From assembly GCA_030324005.1 (NCBI GenBank), contig JARDVH010000193.1, forward strand, positions 70,146,739 through 70,210,738: a DNA stretch of 64,000 nucleotides, read 5' to 3'. Position 1 is the stretch's first letter. Every line of letters begins with the position of its first letter. A program made the translations under genes and the position numbers. The notes under the pieces are model-generated. The model ran no database searches, was not told the origin of the DNA, and was given only the letters and a program-made list of their open reading frames with translations. This DNA comes from Negaprion brevirostris (Eukaryota). Below are positions 13,523-26,768 of the stretch, one piece after another.

Positions 13523-13912
13523 CCCCCACATTGTAATCTGTGTTCAGGAAGCCAGGGAAGAATCCCAGTAGATTCCCCAATGCCTGGCCCTCTCCAAGTG
13601 GAAAATACACTTTCTGATCCAGTGATTTTTCTGGGCTGTTGACCTTGAGGTGCCAACCCTCGGTGTGTGCCTTCCAGGAGGTCTCATTGCACGACCTACT
13701 CCGTCACTGCTCCGCCTTCAGAACGCAAACAAACTCCTCAATTGGACGATTCTTGGCTGCCAATGGATTAGCTCTCATTTTCCCAACCAATAAAATCTTT
13801 GATCAAGTCAAGTTTATCATTCTCACTTCCAGGTGGCTGAAATGGCCGGGGTCCAGTTTCAGGTTCTGTCTGATACAAGTGGCTGCTGAGATGTGGTTAC
13901 GGCTGAATTGTT

Positions 13913-14245
13913 GGGAGACGATGGCCGAGTGGTATTGTCGCTAGGCTATTAATCCAGAAACTCAGTTAATGTTCTGGGGACCCGGGTTCGAATCCCGCCA
14001 CAGCAGATGGTGGAATTTGAATTCAATAAAAAAAGTCTGGAATTAAGAATCTATTGATGATCACGAAACCATGTCAGGAAAATCTATCTGGTTCGTTAAT
14101 GTCCTTTCGGGAAGGAAATCTGCCATCCTTACCTGGTCTGACTCCAGAGCCACAGCAATGTCGTTGACCCTCCATTGCCCTTGGGCAACTGGGGATGGGC
14201 AATAAATGCTGGCCAGCCAGTGACACCCATCACCCACAAATGAGA
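13913..14245 (+). mobile_element. tRNA-derived SINE, third family
   Basis: Box A tggccgagtgg, box B gggttcgaatccc; tail gggcaataaatgctggcc; reverse copy at 36340-36665. Confidence 0.75.
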
Positions 14246-14285
14246 AAAACAATAAGAGCAAGTTATTCAGAGAAAAGGAAACAAG

Positions 14286-14628
14286 GGGGCAGCATGGTGG
14301 CATAAGAAGTGGCACGGTGGTACAGTGGTTAACACTGTTGCCTCACAGCACCTGGGACCTGGGTTTGAATCTTGGACCACTGTCTGTGTGGAGCCTGCAC
14401 ATTCTCCCCATGCTCACATGGGTTTCCTTCGGGCGCTCCAATTTCCTTCCACACTCCAAAGATGTGTGGTTTAGGTGGATTGGCCATGCTAAATTGCCCC
14501 TTAGTGTCAGGGGAGTCTAGCTAGGGTAAATACATGGGGGTTATAGGGATAGGACCTAGGTGGGATTGTGGTCAGTGCAGACTCGGTGGGCCGAATGGCC
14601 TCCTTCTGCACTGTCGGGATTCTGTGAT
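14286..14628 (+). mobile_element. tRNA-derived SINE (HE1-like)
   Basis: ggcacggtggtacagtggtt...gggccgaatggcctccttctgcactgt. Confidence 0.85.
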
Positions 14629-15926
14629 CCTGAAGTGCTAGGATTCTTACTCATGTTGCTACCTCCTCAGGAATGGCATGGAGATTTAGCCCAGCGTTGT
14701 AAAGTATCGACAATTCTTTTGAAAATGGAGCGTAGAATGTGCCGGCGGGAAGAACATTGGGACCAAGGTTACTCCCGCTGCATGGTGTGCAGCTCGCATA
14801 ACACAACAGCTGTGAGCTCTTGCTTTGACTGTGAACACTGCGGTGTATCGAACTTTCTCCATGAAAACTGGCGAACGGCACGAACTCCAGGTTTGAGACT
14901 CTTAATAAAAAATGACTTAAAGGTATTAGCTCAGCTACTTAAATACAGACTTTGATCTCTTTGGAGCAAAGCATTTCAGGGAGGGTGCATGAACTGTAGC
15001 CCAGAAGCTGGAGTGAGCTGAGGGTCACGTCCCTCTTTGAAGGAGAGACTTTGAAAGAATCAGGTCTTTGAGAGCGTCACTTTTGAGACGCGCCGAGAGG
15101 CAGGGAGTCTAACCTGGGACTTTACTTTCCCAGATAGTTTACCGCCGTAGCAAATTGGAGATTGTCTTAAAGTTGTGGCGTTTCCCACCCAGTCACTTGG
15201 GGAGCAAGTCTCTGCACATTTTTTTGTCCGAAAAATTTTGAGGTGATCAGACGTTGAGTTTGGAAATACCTGCACTCACCCATACACAATTTTAACCGTG
15301 CGTGTACCGGGGGAAAACTGGTTGCTACTTGTTTGTACCTGCCACAAAGATAACGATGGCCCAAAGCTTCAAGGGGCAAAAACCCTGAACTCAGAGAATT
15401 ACCTCAGACACTTCACTGTATTCTTTCCAATAGACCATTTCCAGATTTACAACAATTTAATTAGGATCTATTTTACCAAATAAAGTGAATTGCCTTCGAA
15501 GTGTGTACGCATATTTATTAAATTACAAATACGTTCTGTTCGCTTTCATGAGCCATAGTCTTTGGGAGCGCAGACCAGTCTGAGGGGAGAGCAGCTGAGT
15601 AAACAGACTGTCCGATCTTGTCTCGACGACAATCATTCTTTTAAATATTAAAATTAATCTCTTCCACAGTGATTCGGTTGAACGTAAAGAATGGAAACTT
15701 TGCTGAATTAAATTAGAGAGCGGTAATGAAATGCAAATCAGGCAAGCAATCAGTCAGAAAATGTAGGCAGGAGTCATTGGAGCAAATCTAATTTACGAGA
15801 ATATCAAACAATTTTATTAGGCGGCTCTTTAATTGGTGTATTATTAATTTTATGCATTGTTCGGTTAATACATGAATTCATCTGGGAGGAGAGGGTTCGT
15901 CTGGTGCATTGTAATAGTCAAAAATA

Positions 15927-16255
15927 AAGAGGAATGGATAGGGTGGATTCTCGGAGGCTGTTTCCCAGGGCTGAAATGGTCGCTACGAGAGGACACAGGT
16001 TTAAGGTGCTGGGGAGCAGGTACCAAGGAGATGTCAGGGGTAAGTTTTTCACCCAGGGTGGTGAGTGAATGGAATCGACTGTCATCGGTGGTGGTCGAGG
16101 CGAACTCGCTGGGGTCTTTTAGGAGACTTCTGGATGAGTACATGGGATTTAATGGGATTGAGAGTTATAGATAGTTCTATGGCCTAGTAGGTATGGAAAT
16201 GATCGGTGCAACTTGTGGGCCGAAAGGCCTGTTTGTGCTGTAGTGTTCTATGTTC
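15927..16255 (+). mobile_element. CR1-type LINE 3' end
   Basis: gatagggtggatt...gaggacacaggtttaaggtg...ggcctgtttgtgctgtagtgttctatgttc. Confidence 0.8.
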
Positions 16256-16852
16256 AATTCCACAAACTGGTCATGGCTCCTCTGTGTGAGTAAGCACTGG
16301 TACCTTTGCAAAGCTGTGCAAATGTGTTACTGCTCCACTGCACCAGTCCCTGGTCCAGCTTTGGCTCTCTTTCATCTTGCTGGGAACCAGTTACGATTCA
16401 ATACCATTATTTATATGTAAGCCTTGGCAGTGAATGTTGTATTATTTGACCTTGAAGTACATCGGACTGGCCTTGAGCAAAGTCTGATATTGTCGTCATC
16501 TCATGTCAGACACACACTGCCCATCAGATGATTCAGTGGATGGTGAGCTGAAGCAGCAGTGCTGAGTGATTTGTCCCCTCATCTCATCTGAGAATACTGA
16601 GACTAATTTTAGTTGTGCAGGTTTATTTGTGGGCTTTTCTGCACTTCCTTTTCCTGCATATCTATTGGTTCCATGATGCAACCAAAATGTTCTTGACTTC
16701 CTATCGTTCCTTATACTAAGCAAAAGAAAAAAAAATTATCAATTGGGTCAGCCTATTCACCTGATAACAGATTATTTTTGCTGAAATATAATGCTTGGCT
16801 GCCTCTTGATGTTTAATTTTATAGCTATATTTTCTAAATGTTGTATCATTAG

Positions 16853-16969
16853 GATGAAGGAAGATTCAAAGAGATTGCAATCACACATCATGTGAAAGAA
16901 GGCTGTGAGAAGGCTGATCCCACACAATTTGAGTTGCTGAAGGTTCTGGGTCAGGGATCTTTTGGAAAG
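16853..16969 (+). CDS. RPS6KA6: RSK exon 3 (117 nt): [39 protein letters not shown]
   Basis: tag acceptor, AAG|gtaagt donor, glycine-rich loop GQGSFG, phase 0-0. Confidence 0.95.
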
Positions 16970-19681
16970 GTAAGTGCTCTGTAATCTTAGTTACAACACG
17001 TTGTTGAGGGAAGCTTGACCAGTCTTTGTTAATCAGGCAGGAATTCAAATGAATTTGTCCATCTCGCCCTTTTTCACTAAGTTTGCCTATGCAATTTTTA
17101 AAATGTGAGCATATTACAAAGTATCACATTTTCTCTGTTGTTGATCCAGCCTTCATTGTTATATGAGCATTCCCTTTTGCTGCATTTGATCAACTGGAGT
17201 CGATTATCTGGTGCAGAGTAAAGTTACTGAATTCCAACTGCTGTGGTTAACTTTGTCTGTTATTAGTCTTAAGTCAAAAATATCTTGTGATGTAACTGTA
17301 ATTCAGGACCAGTTAATGGTTCATGCACTGTGTACGTGACATTAGAAAAGAATGGCTCCTTGTTTTGAGTTAAAGGCCACAGATCAGAGGCTTCATCCTT
17401 GGCCTGGTCAATTTCAGTTGAGGATGTTGGAGCAGAAGGGAGGGCTTTATAATTGGTCACTGTTCCTAGGCTGGTGAAGGCCAAAATTTATGAAGGCCTC
17501 CCTTTCTGCTCAAAGTGTATTTGTGTAGCCATTAGGTGAAACTGAATTGGAATCAGGGGCATGGTGTTCCCAACCAGGTAGCCCATAGACAATTGCTGTC
17601 CGTGTTTTATCATGAAGGCTCACTTGGGAACCAACTGTGTGGAAAACAAGTGTCCAGAAGTTTAATTGTGTGCACAATTTAAATAATATATGCATGTTTT
17701 GACATTTGCTGATCTGTCTCGATATTTCCAGAGTCAAAATGTCCTTATGTTAATCAACTTCACAGAAATCTGACACCATTCCATTTTTCTTTCCCCTCAG
17801 CAAATATCCCCCAACCCTTCCTCATCTAAGGGGTTCATTCCTCTCACGGGTGTGATTCCATAGATGTTACTTTCCATTTGATGCCTAGCTGAAATTGCCA
17901 TTATACATACATATATTTTGATACCCATTGCACCCAAACTTAACCTTAATATCTGTCCCTCTGCAGGGATTGAGAGATAATTGTTAGGAGCAGGAACCTT
18001 GACTGATCTGCCCATCCCATCCCCTTCCATCTGAAGTGCCCCCAGCCCATCTGATATCAGCTAGCTCACAGACAATGGACCAAAATTCAGACATCCCATG
18101 CTTGCCTGCCTCAGCAATTCATTTAATAAACTTGTTTTGCAGGATCTCTGTCAGCTTGTTTTAACTACTAGTGGTTCACTCTTACATCCGTAATTCTGTT
18201 TAAATATTTTTTGAAATCAAATGATGTAAATGGTAATTAACGTTCACTCAGCTTGGCTGATTTCTTAGTTTTAAAATTTTGACTAAATTTGCATTACTCT
18301 GGTTTAATTGGAAATTTATGAGCAATTGACAAATTCTGATTACACTTTTTGAGGCTGCAATTAGCTGTATTTGAGTAAATCTGCAGATCACATTCCATGT
18401 CAATGCTTTAAATCTTAAAAGTTAGAGTTCACTGCAGTGGTGTTGTAAACAAATTAATTGTGTTATACATTTATTGAGTACAGTGTTATTGATTAATATT
18501 CAAGCATGAAAAGTATATTGGTTGTATTTATGGGCAGTGATGAGTTTCAATAACAAAAAAATGGTCCTGAAGAAAAACCATGGAACACTAGAATATAGAC
18601 ATTTAATATTTCCAGATGAAAATTTAATTGATNNNNNNNNNNNNNNNNNNNNNNNNNNNNNNNNNNNNNNNNNNNNNNNNNNNNNNNNNNNNNNNNNNNN
18701 NNNNNNNNNNNNNNNNNNNNNNNNNNNNNNNNAACCATGGAACACTAGAGTATAGACATTTAATATGTCCATCTGAAAATTTAATTGATGATTACTGAGG
18801 CATTAGGTTCTCTTAAATAAATGGATTCATGTCTTTTAGATATAGTGAAGGGAATTTCAGATGAATACAAGTTTGTTTGCTCATTCCAGGGTGCTCACCC
18901 CAGTTTTGCCAGCCCTTTGGACCTCTTCCCTCCTATTCTCCCACCACTTCCTACCCCCACAAGCTACCAAAACCCAGAATTGCCAAGAAATAAATCTGAA
19001 TCCCATTTCCTCTCCATGTAGAACTGCTAGTTGCCATATCAACCTCCAATTCAGGCATTTTGCATATCCTCTTCTTGATTATACAAATATATAGGAACAT
19101 GTATAACGAATACTTATTTTGATTTTTCACAATAATTGTCAAAGCACCAGTACAAATCACAAAATACATTTTAATAAAAATGGAGCTTGACTAACTCAAT
19201 TACTGTAAATCAGTAGCTCTGATTTATCCTCATACACAGACATAAATATGCCCATTATCAACAAAGAATCTTCTGACTCACTGATCATTACCATGCTAGA
19301 GCTAATGTACCCTTTTACAGAACACTCTTGTTAAAATGTTTCACTGGCTGCTCATCCCTGATTAATCAGTATCATTACTTGAATTAATGACTATATGTAT
19401 CACTAGAGAGGTTTTTTTTCATTCTTGAGCTGAGTAAGACAAGATGCTGTATTGAAAAATATTCTCTGCCCTGAGATTAAGTGCTGCTTGGCTGCAACGA
19501 TTCCAAGAGCAGAATCACAAAACAGAGGAACAGGAACAGATGGATCTTGCCTCATTTCCATTGGACATTTACAGTCTGTGTTAAACAGAATATTGCACAG
19601 GTAATGCTGAGATAGACATGAAGCTTGCAGCAGAGTTAGCCACTAGCTTCATGCACCTAGTGGGAAGACCAAAGTAAGCAT

Positions 19682-21365
19682 ATAAGAACATAAGAAGTAG
19701 GAGCAGGAGTAGGCCATCTAGCCCTTTGAGCCTGCCCCGCCATTCAATAAGATCATGGNNNNNNNNNNNNNNNNNNNNNNNNNNNNNNNNNNNNNNNNNN
19801 NNNNNNNNNNNNNNNNNNNNNNNNNNNNNNNNNNNNNNNNNNNNNNNNNNNNNNNNNNCACTCTACATTTGCCAATTCCTCTCTCATCCTATCGTACTCC
19901 CCTCTGTTCAAACAGAGGACACAGGTCAGGGACCCTACTTTCTCATCCTCCATCTGCATCAAAAACTCAACCATACAATGGTCGCTCGTCCCAAATTTGC
20001 CAAATACATTCAGAATATAGAAAAAAAAATGCGCGAGTTGGCTATTCGGCCTATCGATGCTTCTTCTCCATTTCAACAGCTCATGGCTAATCATCTACCT
20101 CTCTGCCATTTTCCCCACTATCCCCTTATCCTCGATGTCATTGGGATCCTGAAATCTATCAACTTCTTCCTTGAACATACTCAGTTATTGAGCTTCCACA
20201 GTCCTTAGGAAGCCCTTAGCTTCCATAGCCTTTGGAATTCCAAAGATTCACCACCACCTATGTGAAAAAATTCTATCTCATCTCAATCTTTAATGGCCTA
20301 CCCATGATCCTTGGGCTCTGTCTCCTGGTTCTAGACACATCAGCCAGTGGAAACATCCTACCCATAAGTATCCTGTCACACCTTCTAAGAATTTTGTAAG
20401 TTTCAATGAGAACACCTCTCATTCTTTAAAACTTTAGATAATAGAGGCCCAGTTTCCTCAATTTTTCCTCATACGACAATCCCACTATTCCAGGGATTAA
20501 TCTGATGAGCCTCCATTGCACTTTCTCTTTCAGGTACATCCATCCTTGGGTAAGTCTCACCAAGGCTGTGTACAATTGCATCAAGCGTCTTTACTCCTGT
20601 ACTCAATTCCCTTATGATGAAGACCAACATACTATTCTGAATACTTGCTGCACTTGCATGATGGTCTTTCATGACTTGTGTACATGGACACTTGGGTCTC
20701 TCTGGATATCAACCCTTGATCTTAACACTGTAAGAAATACTCCGCCGTTCTGTTCTTTTCTATCAAAATTGATAACTTGATGCTTATTCACATTATATTC
20801 TATCTCTGTTTTTGCCCATTCACTTAGCCTTTCCAAATTCCTTTGAAATGCTCTTGTATTCTACTCACAATTCATATTCCCACTTGTTTTTGTGTCATTA
20901 GCAAATTCAGAAATATTATATTTGGTCCCCACATATAAATGATTTATATAGATTGTGGACAGCTGTGGCCCAAGCGCTAATCCTAGTCACAGCCTGGCAT
21001 CCTGAAAATCACCCATTCACTCTTGCTCTGTTTTCTGTTTGTTCATCAATTCTTAAATCCAGCATATTCACTTAAAGAACAAAGAAAATCGCAGCACAGG
21101 AACAGGCCCTTTGGCCCTCCAAGCCTGCACTGACCATGCTGCTGAAGTTCCTACTGAACTAAAACTCCCTATCCTTCCGGGGACCATATCCCTTCATTCC
21201 CATCGTATTCATGTATTTGGGCTCTAATTTTGTTTACTGATCTCCTGTGTGGAACTTTATCAAAAGCCTTCTGAAAATCCAAGTATACCGCATCCACTTG
21301 TTCTCCTTTAACCTTGTTATAAATAACATTCTCAAAAAACTGCCAACAGGTTTGTCAAACACAAT
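19682..21365 (-). mobile_element. Cluster of nested CR1 fragments
   Basis: Several minus-strand CR1 tails and decayed RT sequence (caaaagccttctgaaaatccaagta = YLDFQKAF on the minus strand). Confidence 0.7.
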
Positions 21366-22169
21366 TTCCCTTTTATACGTCTATGTGGGCTCTGTCAAAT
21401 CATATAATTCTAACTGTCTACATGCAATTTTCCTCAAGTGACTGTTGGGAAATCCAGTTAAGTACTGGCTCTGCAAATCTGCTAAGATTAGTTTGTGCTT
21501 CGTGCATGACCATAGTAAAAAATGAAAAGGACTTCCAAAACCATGGAAGCTTGTGGAAGTTGTGGTTAGTTGAGTATTTTCTTTCAGACTCATCTTTCTA
21601 AAGTATCCTGGCAGCACTTAAAATGAGAGAATCAATTGCCTCGAACTATCTTGTAATGCAGCACTGACTTGTGCATCAGTTTTTGTAACTCATTTATTTA
21701 TATTTTATTAAATCTTGGAGCCACTTCCCCAGCAGGATCACTTGGATTGGGACGAAAGTTCATTGCTTGATCCATATTAATATGCAGCTCTTCAAGTATT
21801 GACTTTACTTCCAAAACACCCTTTGCATTCAAAAGGGCATCCTGTCTGATTTGGATGGAATGTGCTGGTTGTAAACACTCTCATTCAAAGATTTTAACCT
21901 GCACACTTTAAAGTGATCCCATAGTTTTGCCCTCTGAAACTTTTAGCAATGCTTCTAATAAGGCACTTTAATGAAGACTTTCACACATCCTGTTTTAATT
22001 ATGAAGAAATAGTTGCAAGTATTTAGAGCACAGAAGTTCATCCCAGCAGGCTCAAGCTAGTGTTGAGAGCCTCCTTTCATCTTTCTTCATTCAATCCAGC
22101 AACATAACTTTCCATTCATTTCTCCCTCTTGTGCAAATTATTGACCTGGTTTTGAAATTGACTGAGCTC

Positions 22170-22790
22170 CAGGAGACAGATGTCCTGCAAGGATACGTTT
22201 TGAGGCCTCAGCTATTCATCGTACTCATTAACAACCAGGCTAATGGGATAGAAAGCCACTTATCCGAATTTGCTGCTGAAACAAAGATTTTGATAGATTA
22301 AGTCAAAGGGAAAAATAACTGCGGCCGATGGATTACAATGAAGGCAAATGTGAGCTCATTGTCTTTGGACCTATGAATGATCAAACAGGATATTTTCTAA
22401 ATGTGAAAAGCTAGTAACTGTGGAAATCCAAAGAAACTTGGAGATGCTGGTGCATCATTAAAATATGATGAAAGTCATAAGGAATAATAAAATAGGTTAA
22501 TGGAATGCTGGCCTTTCTAACTGAGGATTGGAATATAAGGAGGTCATGCATCAGCTACACAAAACCCTCGTTAGACAACATCTGGAGTATTGTGAACAGT
22601 TTTGAATATGACATCCCAGAAAATATGTCTGGATTTTGGAGGGAGAGTAGCATAGATTTACCAGAATTTATACCTGGCCTCCACAGATTAAATTATAAAG
22701 CCCAATTGCACAAATTAGAGCTGTATTCCCTGGAGTACAGAAGGTTGAGAGATGATTTGATCAAAGTTATCAAGACATTAAGGAGACTCC
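22170..22790 (+). mobile_element. Decayed CR1 ORF2 fragment
   Basis: LELYSLEYRRLRDDLIKVIK in ORF 22505..22807. Confidence 0.7.
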
Positions 22791-24519
22791 TGAGTCCAAA
22801 TTGTTAATGTAAAGAGTGAACAAAAACGATTTCAGCACCAATCCTGACAGAAAATCACTTTGCACCATTTGCAATTCTGAATAACTACATTTGAATCCCT
22901 ATTCTCTGTATTGTTTCAATCTGGATTCCACCACCCTCACCCCCACCACAAACCTTTCTGCCTATCTGTCCTCCAAGTCACTTCTTAAAACCTACTTCTC
23001 TGACCAAACTTTAGGCCACCTGTCATATTTGTTTACATGTTTTGCTATCAAACATTGTCTAATGATACTCCTGTAAAAATTCTTAGGATAGTTTACTCAA
23101 AAGATGCCATATAAAGGCAAGTTGTAATCCATGCAGAATACAAGATAACCAACAATGATCAGGTCATTTTGTGGTTTCCCCTGTTGCACATTGCATCCCT
23201 GCATAGCGAGTGTGGGAGGGTTCTACAATCTCTACCGTGTTTATTACATGCCTGCAAAGGTTTTGGCACCTAGTCAATATATTTATGGTGTTTTGAGAAC
23301 AAAGACAGGAGTAATCACACTTGTGTAGTAGTTGAAAAACATACATAGTATTGCAAATCATAAATTGCACAGGCGAATCAGTGGCCAAACCAGTTTCAGC
23401 TACAGAGGAGTTACACTCAGCATGACATTGAGTCCAAGCAGTTGTAAATAAACTCCTTGATGGGTTGCACCTTAGTTAATTTGGAAATCTGTTCAGGACT
23501 TCATTCACCGCTTTTATGGCCACTTTTCCATCTCTGAAAAATTCACTTTTATCAGTGACAGTACACCTGAAGCTTTAGCCTTGCACGACAGCAATGTAGT
23601 TTTGTCACTTTCTTCCTTATCTTCCAACCACCACTGATGTGTGAAAAGAAAATATGCAGTACAGCATGGAATTTGAAATATTGTCGGAAAATACTGGAAA
23701 TATGTACCAGTGGGGTCAGAACTGGCAGGTATTGAGACATGTCTACAGAATTGTTGGGATGTAATGTTTATGTTATTTGGAGCAATTGTTTGTTTGTTAA
23801 TTGAACATTCATCTTTGAACTGCCAGTTATTTTGAAAATATTTTACCAGATAATGTTCTGTTGTTCAGGTATTTAAAATGATAAATGGGTACACAGAGAA
23901 ACTGTTACCTTGAGTGAGGAGAATCCAGAGTGAAAGGGCATAAAATCAGGGATCTCCCACTCAAGGATCATTGGTGTTTGAAATTCTCTTCTCTAATCAG
24001 CCATGAACTGGGTCATTGAATATATTCAAGAAGGAATTGGATTGATTTTTGACTGACAAAAGAGTCAAAGGTAGTGCAGTGTTGGCAGAAAAGTGGAGTT
24101 AAGACTGCAATCCCCTCAGACATGATCATATTGAATGTTGGAGCAGGCTTGAGGGACTAAATGGCCTACTCCTGTTCCTATTTCTTACATACTTATGTAA
24201 CCTTAAGGTTTAGATGAACAAAATGAGGAAGCACTTTTGCCACCCAAATGGTAATGGTGATTTGGAATTCTGTCCCATAAAAGGCTGATACTGGACTGGT
24301 TAAAATTTCCAGGACTGAGATTGTTACGTTTTTATTGGCAAGGGAAGTCGAGGGATTGTGAAGCAAAGGTCTACTCCTGTACCTTTATTTAATCAGTTAG
24401 AGATTCTTGCACATAGTTAATTAACCCAGATATTTCTGAATTTAGTATGCCTGGATGCTTTGAATTTCCATTTTTTAGCAACATGATAACTTATTGTCTC
24501 TGCATGTTTCTTTAATCAG

Positions 24520-24601
24520 GTCTTTTTAGTTAGAAAAGCAGTTGGTCCTGATGCTGGACAGTTGTATGCAATGAAAGTACTCAAGAAAGCTACTTTGAAA
24601 G
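24520..24601 (+). CDS. RPS6KA6: RSK exon 4 (82 nt): [27 protein letters not shown]
   Basis: cag acceptor; catalytic Lys motif YAMK; non-canonical donor AAAG|gcaagt, phase 0-1. Confidence 0.93.
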
Positions 24602-24924
24602 GCAAGTCTGAATCTTCTTACAAATTTTGCTTTTGAATAGTTAATCGTCTGCCGTGTGAAAGAGGAATAAGGAACAAAATTAAACAGTTCACATTTTTAC
24701 AACACCATAGCAAAATTGAATCTTAAATGAGAAACAAAATACTGGAGGAAGAGAAAACAGAATTTGCATGTTCTGATGAATGGTTATTGACCTGAAGCAT
24801 TAACTGTTTCTCTCCCCATTGATGTTACTGTTCTGCTGGGTATTTCCAGCCTTTTCTATTTTTGTTTAACCATTTTTACAATGTTGATGGATTTTAATAG
24901 TAAATAAATGGGTCTTAACATTGG

Positions 24925-25200
24925 CAAGTGGTTAGCACGCTGCCTCTCAGCACCAGGGATCAGAGTTCGATTCCTGGCTAGGGTCACTGTTTGTGTGGAG
25001 TCTGTACATTCTCTTTATCTGCATGGGTTTCCTGAGGATGCTCTGGTTTCCTCCCATAGTGCTGCTTAGGTGCATTGACCATGCTAAATTCTCCCTCAGT
25101 GTACCCAAACGGGTGCTGGAGTGCGGTGACTAGGGGATTTTCACAGTAACTTCATTGCAGTGTTAATGTAAGCCAATTTGTGACATAATAAGTTAACTTT
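24925..25200 (+). mobile_element. tRNA-derived SINE with alternative tail
   Basis: HE1-like head; tail cacagtaacttcattgcagtgttaatgtaagcc. Confidence 0.8.
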
Positions 25201-25796
25201 GAATTTGACCATAAAGCTTTTATAGAAAATATTAATTACCAATTTTTTTTACAGATTGCTTGCTTTAAATGTTTTTAAATTTATAAAGAGATCTTCTGCC
25301 CTCAATAGGTTTAACCAGTTGGTCAATCATATAATACAAATTAAGGAGCGATGGTGCATTTTAAGTCCAAACCCTAAAGGCCCACGAAAGAAGTGAATTT
25401 TGACAGATGGTAATGGCTAGATTATTTAGCTCAACCGTCTCTAATAAATATTTGGCACTATTGGCATTATTTCACTTTAAATGTAATGTGTTGCAACAGT
25501 AAATACACTGTGTTAAGATTTTGAACTAGCAAGGCTTTCAGATCGTTGCTAGTAGTTTTGGAGTTTTGGCAAATATATCAACTGCTTCAAGTAGGTTGGT
25601 GAAGCACTATTTTCCTTGGGAGAACTAGAAAGCCTGATGGAACATCTGGCGGTTAGGAAAGGGAATGTTTGTTAATTACACGTTCAGTTATTTGATGTTT
25701 CTGCCTGCAACCTTTCCTCAGTTTTTCACCATGTGGATTTGTACTAATTGGGTTTTTGTGGCTAAACTGACCCAAAGGAAACCCAGGGAAGCGTAA

Positions 25797-26262
25797 AAAA
25801 TAGGAGCAGGAGTTTGTCATTCAGCATTCAAGCCTGCTGTACCATTCAATATGATCACACCTGATCCTCTATCTTCTTGCACTCTTCCCATACTGCTTAA
25901 TGTCTTAAGAGTCTAGAAATCAATCTATTTCCTCCTTAAGTATATTCAGTGACACGGCCTCCACAGCCTTCTGTGGTAGAGTGAAGAAATTTCTCTCGAT
26001 CTCAATTTGAAATGGCCCACTCCATATCTTGAGACTGTGATCTCTTGTTCTAGACAGCCCTCAAGCCAAAGGAAACATCACCCCTGCATCCAGTCTTTGA
26101 GCTCTGTCAGAATTTTATACGTATCAATAAGATCCCCCCTTGTTCTTAGAAACGCCAGTAAACAGTTGATCCAATCTGTCCTCATACAACAATCCTGCCA
26201 TCCTAGGAATCAGTCTGGTAAACCTCTGCTGCATTCCTCCCACAGCAGATATGTCCTTTCTT
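25797..26262 (-). mobile_element. CR1-type LINE 3' fragment
   Basis: Resembles 2898-3360 (gagtctagaaatcaa, ctgtcagaattt, ctgccatcc..ggaatcag). Confidence 0.7.
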
Positions 26263-26687
26263 ATTTACTAAAGAGTAATAACTCTGTTTCTCTTTTTGTA
26301 GACTTTGCATAACCTGTGTATTTGCAACATTCTTTTGCATTTATTTTAGATTTCCAGCATCTGTAGTATTTTGCATTTGTTTTTTGTGCATGTTAGCATT
26401 AGATTATTATTTTCACGAAAATAATTCAGTGAGTACATTGTAACTCAGAAGGCAAAATCTAGGAGGTTCACTAAGAATTAATGTGCTAGTCTTGTTTTCC
26501 ACATACTTATTAATTATGCATTTCTGAAGGATATGATTTTAGTTCTAGTTGGGAAAGGTCAGGACATTTGGCTTGGTGCAGACAGTGACAGCTGAAGAGC
26601 TGAATTGGATACTCCTTGTAAAGAGTTTTCTATAACTATTTGATGGTTTGTATTTGTTTTCAATGATTGCATGTTTTTTCTTTTCAG

Positions 26688-26768
26688 TACGGGATCGTGT
26701 CAGAACAAAAATGGAAAGAGATATTCTAGTGGAAGTAAATCATCCGTTTATTGTTAAATTACACTATG
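26688..26768 (+). CDS. RPS6KA6: RSK exon 5 (81 nt): (V)[26 protein letters not shown]
   Basis: ttttcag acceptor; alphaC helix Glu; non-canonical donor TATG|gcaagt, phase 1-1. Confidence 0.93.

Noticed and set aside
13913-14000. tRNA gene candidate (good A and B boxes)
   Set aside because: It continues into a SINE body with a second copy at 36340-36665 and shows no cloverleaf or terminator; it is a SINE head.
226-16800. Long ORFs such as 226..690, 10927..11583 and 13064..13642 as independent genes
   Set aside because: They overlap transposon remnants or gaps, or lack recognisable domains; 13064..13642 is a Rex1-type fragment.
18576-18789. 57-bp direct repeat on both sides of a 100-N gap
   Set aside because: The two copies differ at about 4 positions and directly abut the gap, typical of unmerged heterozygous contig ends rather than a real duplication.
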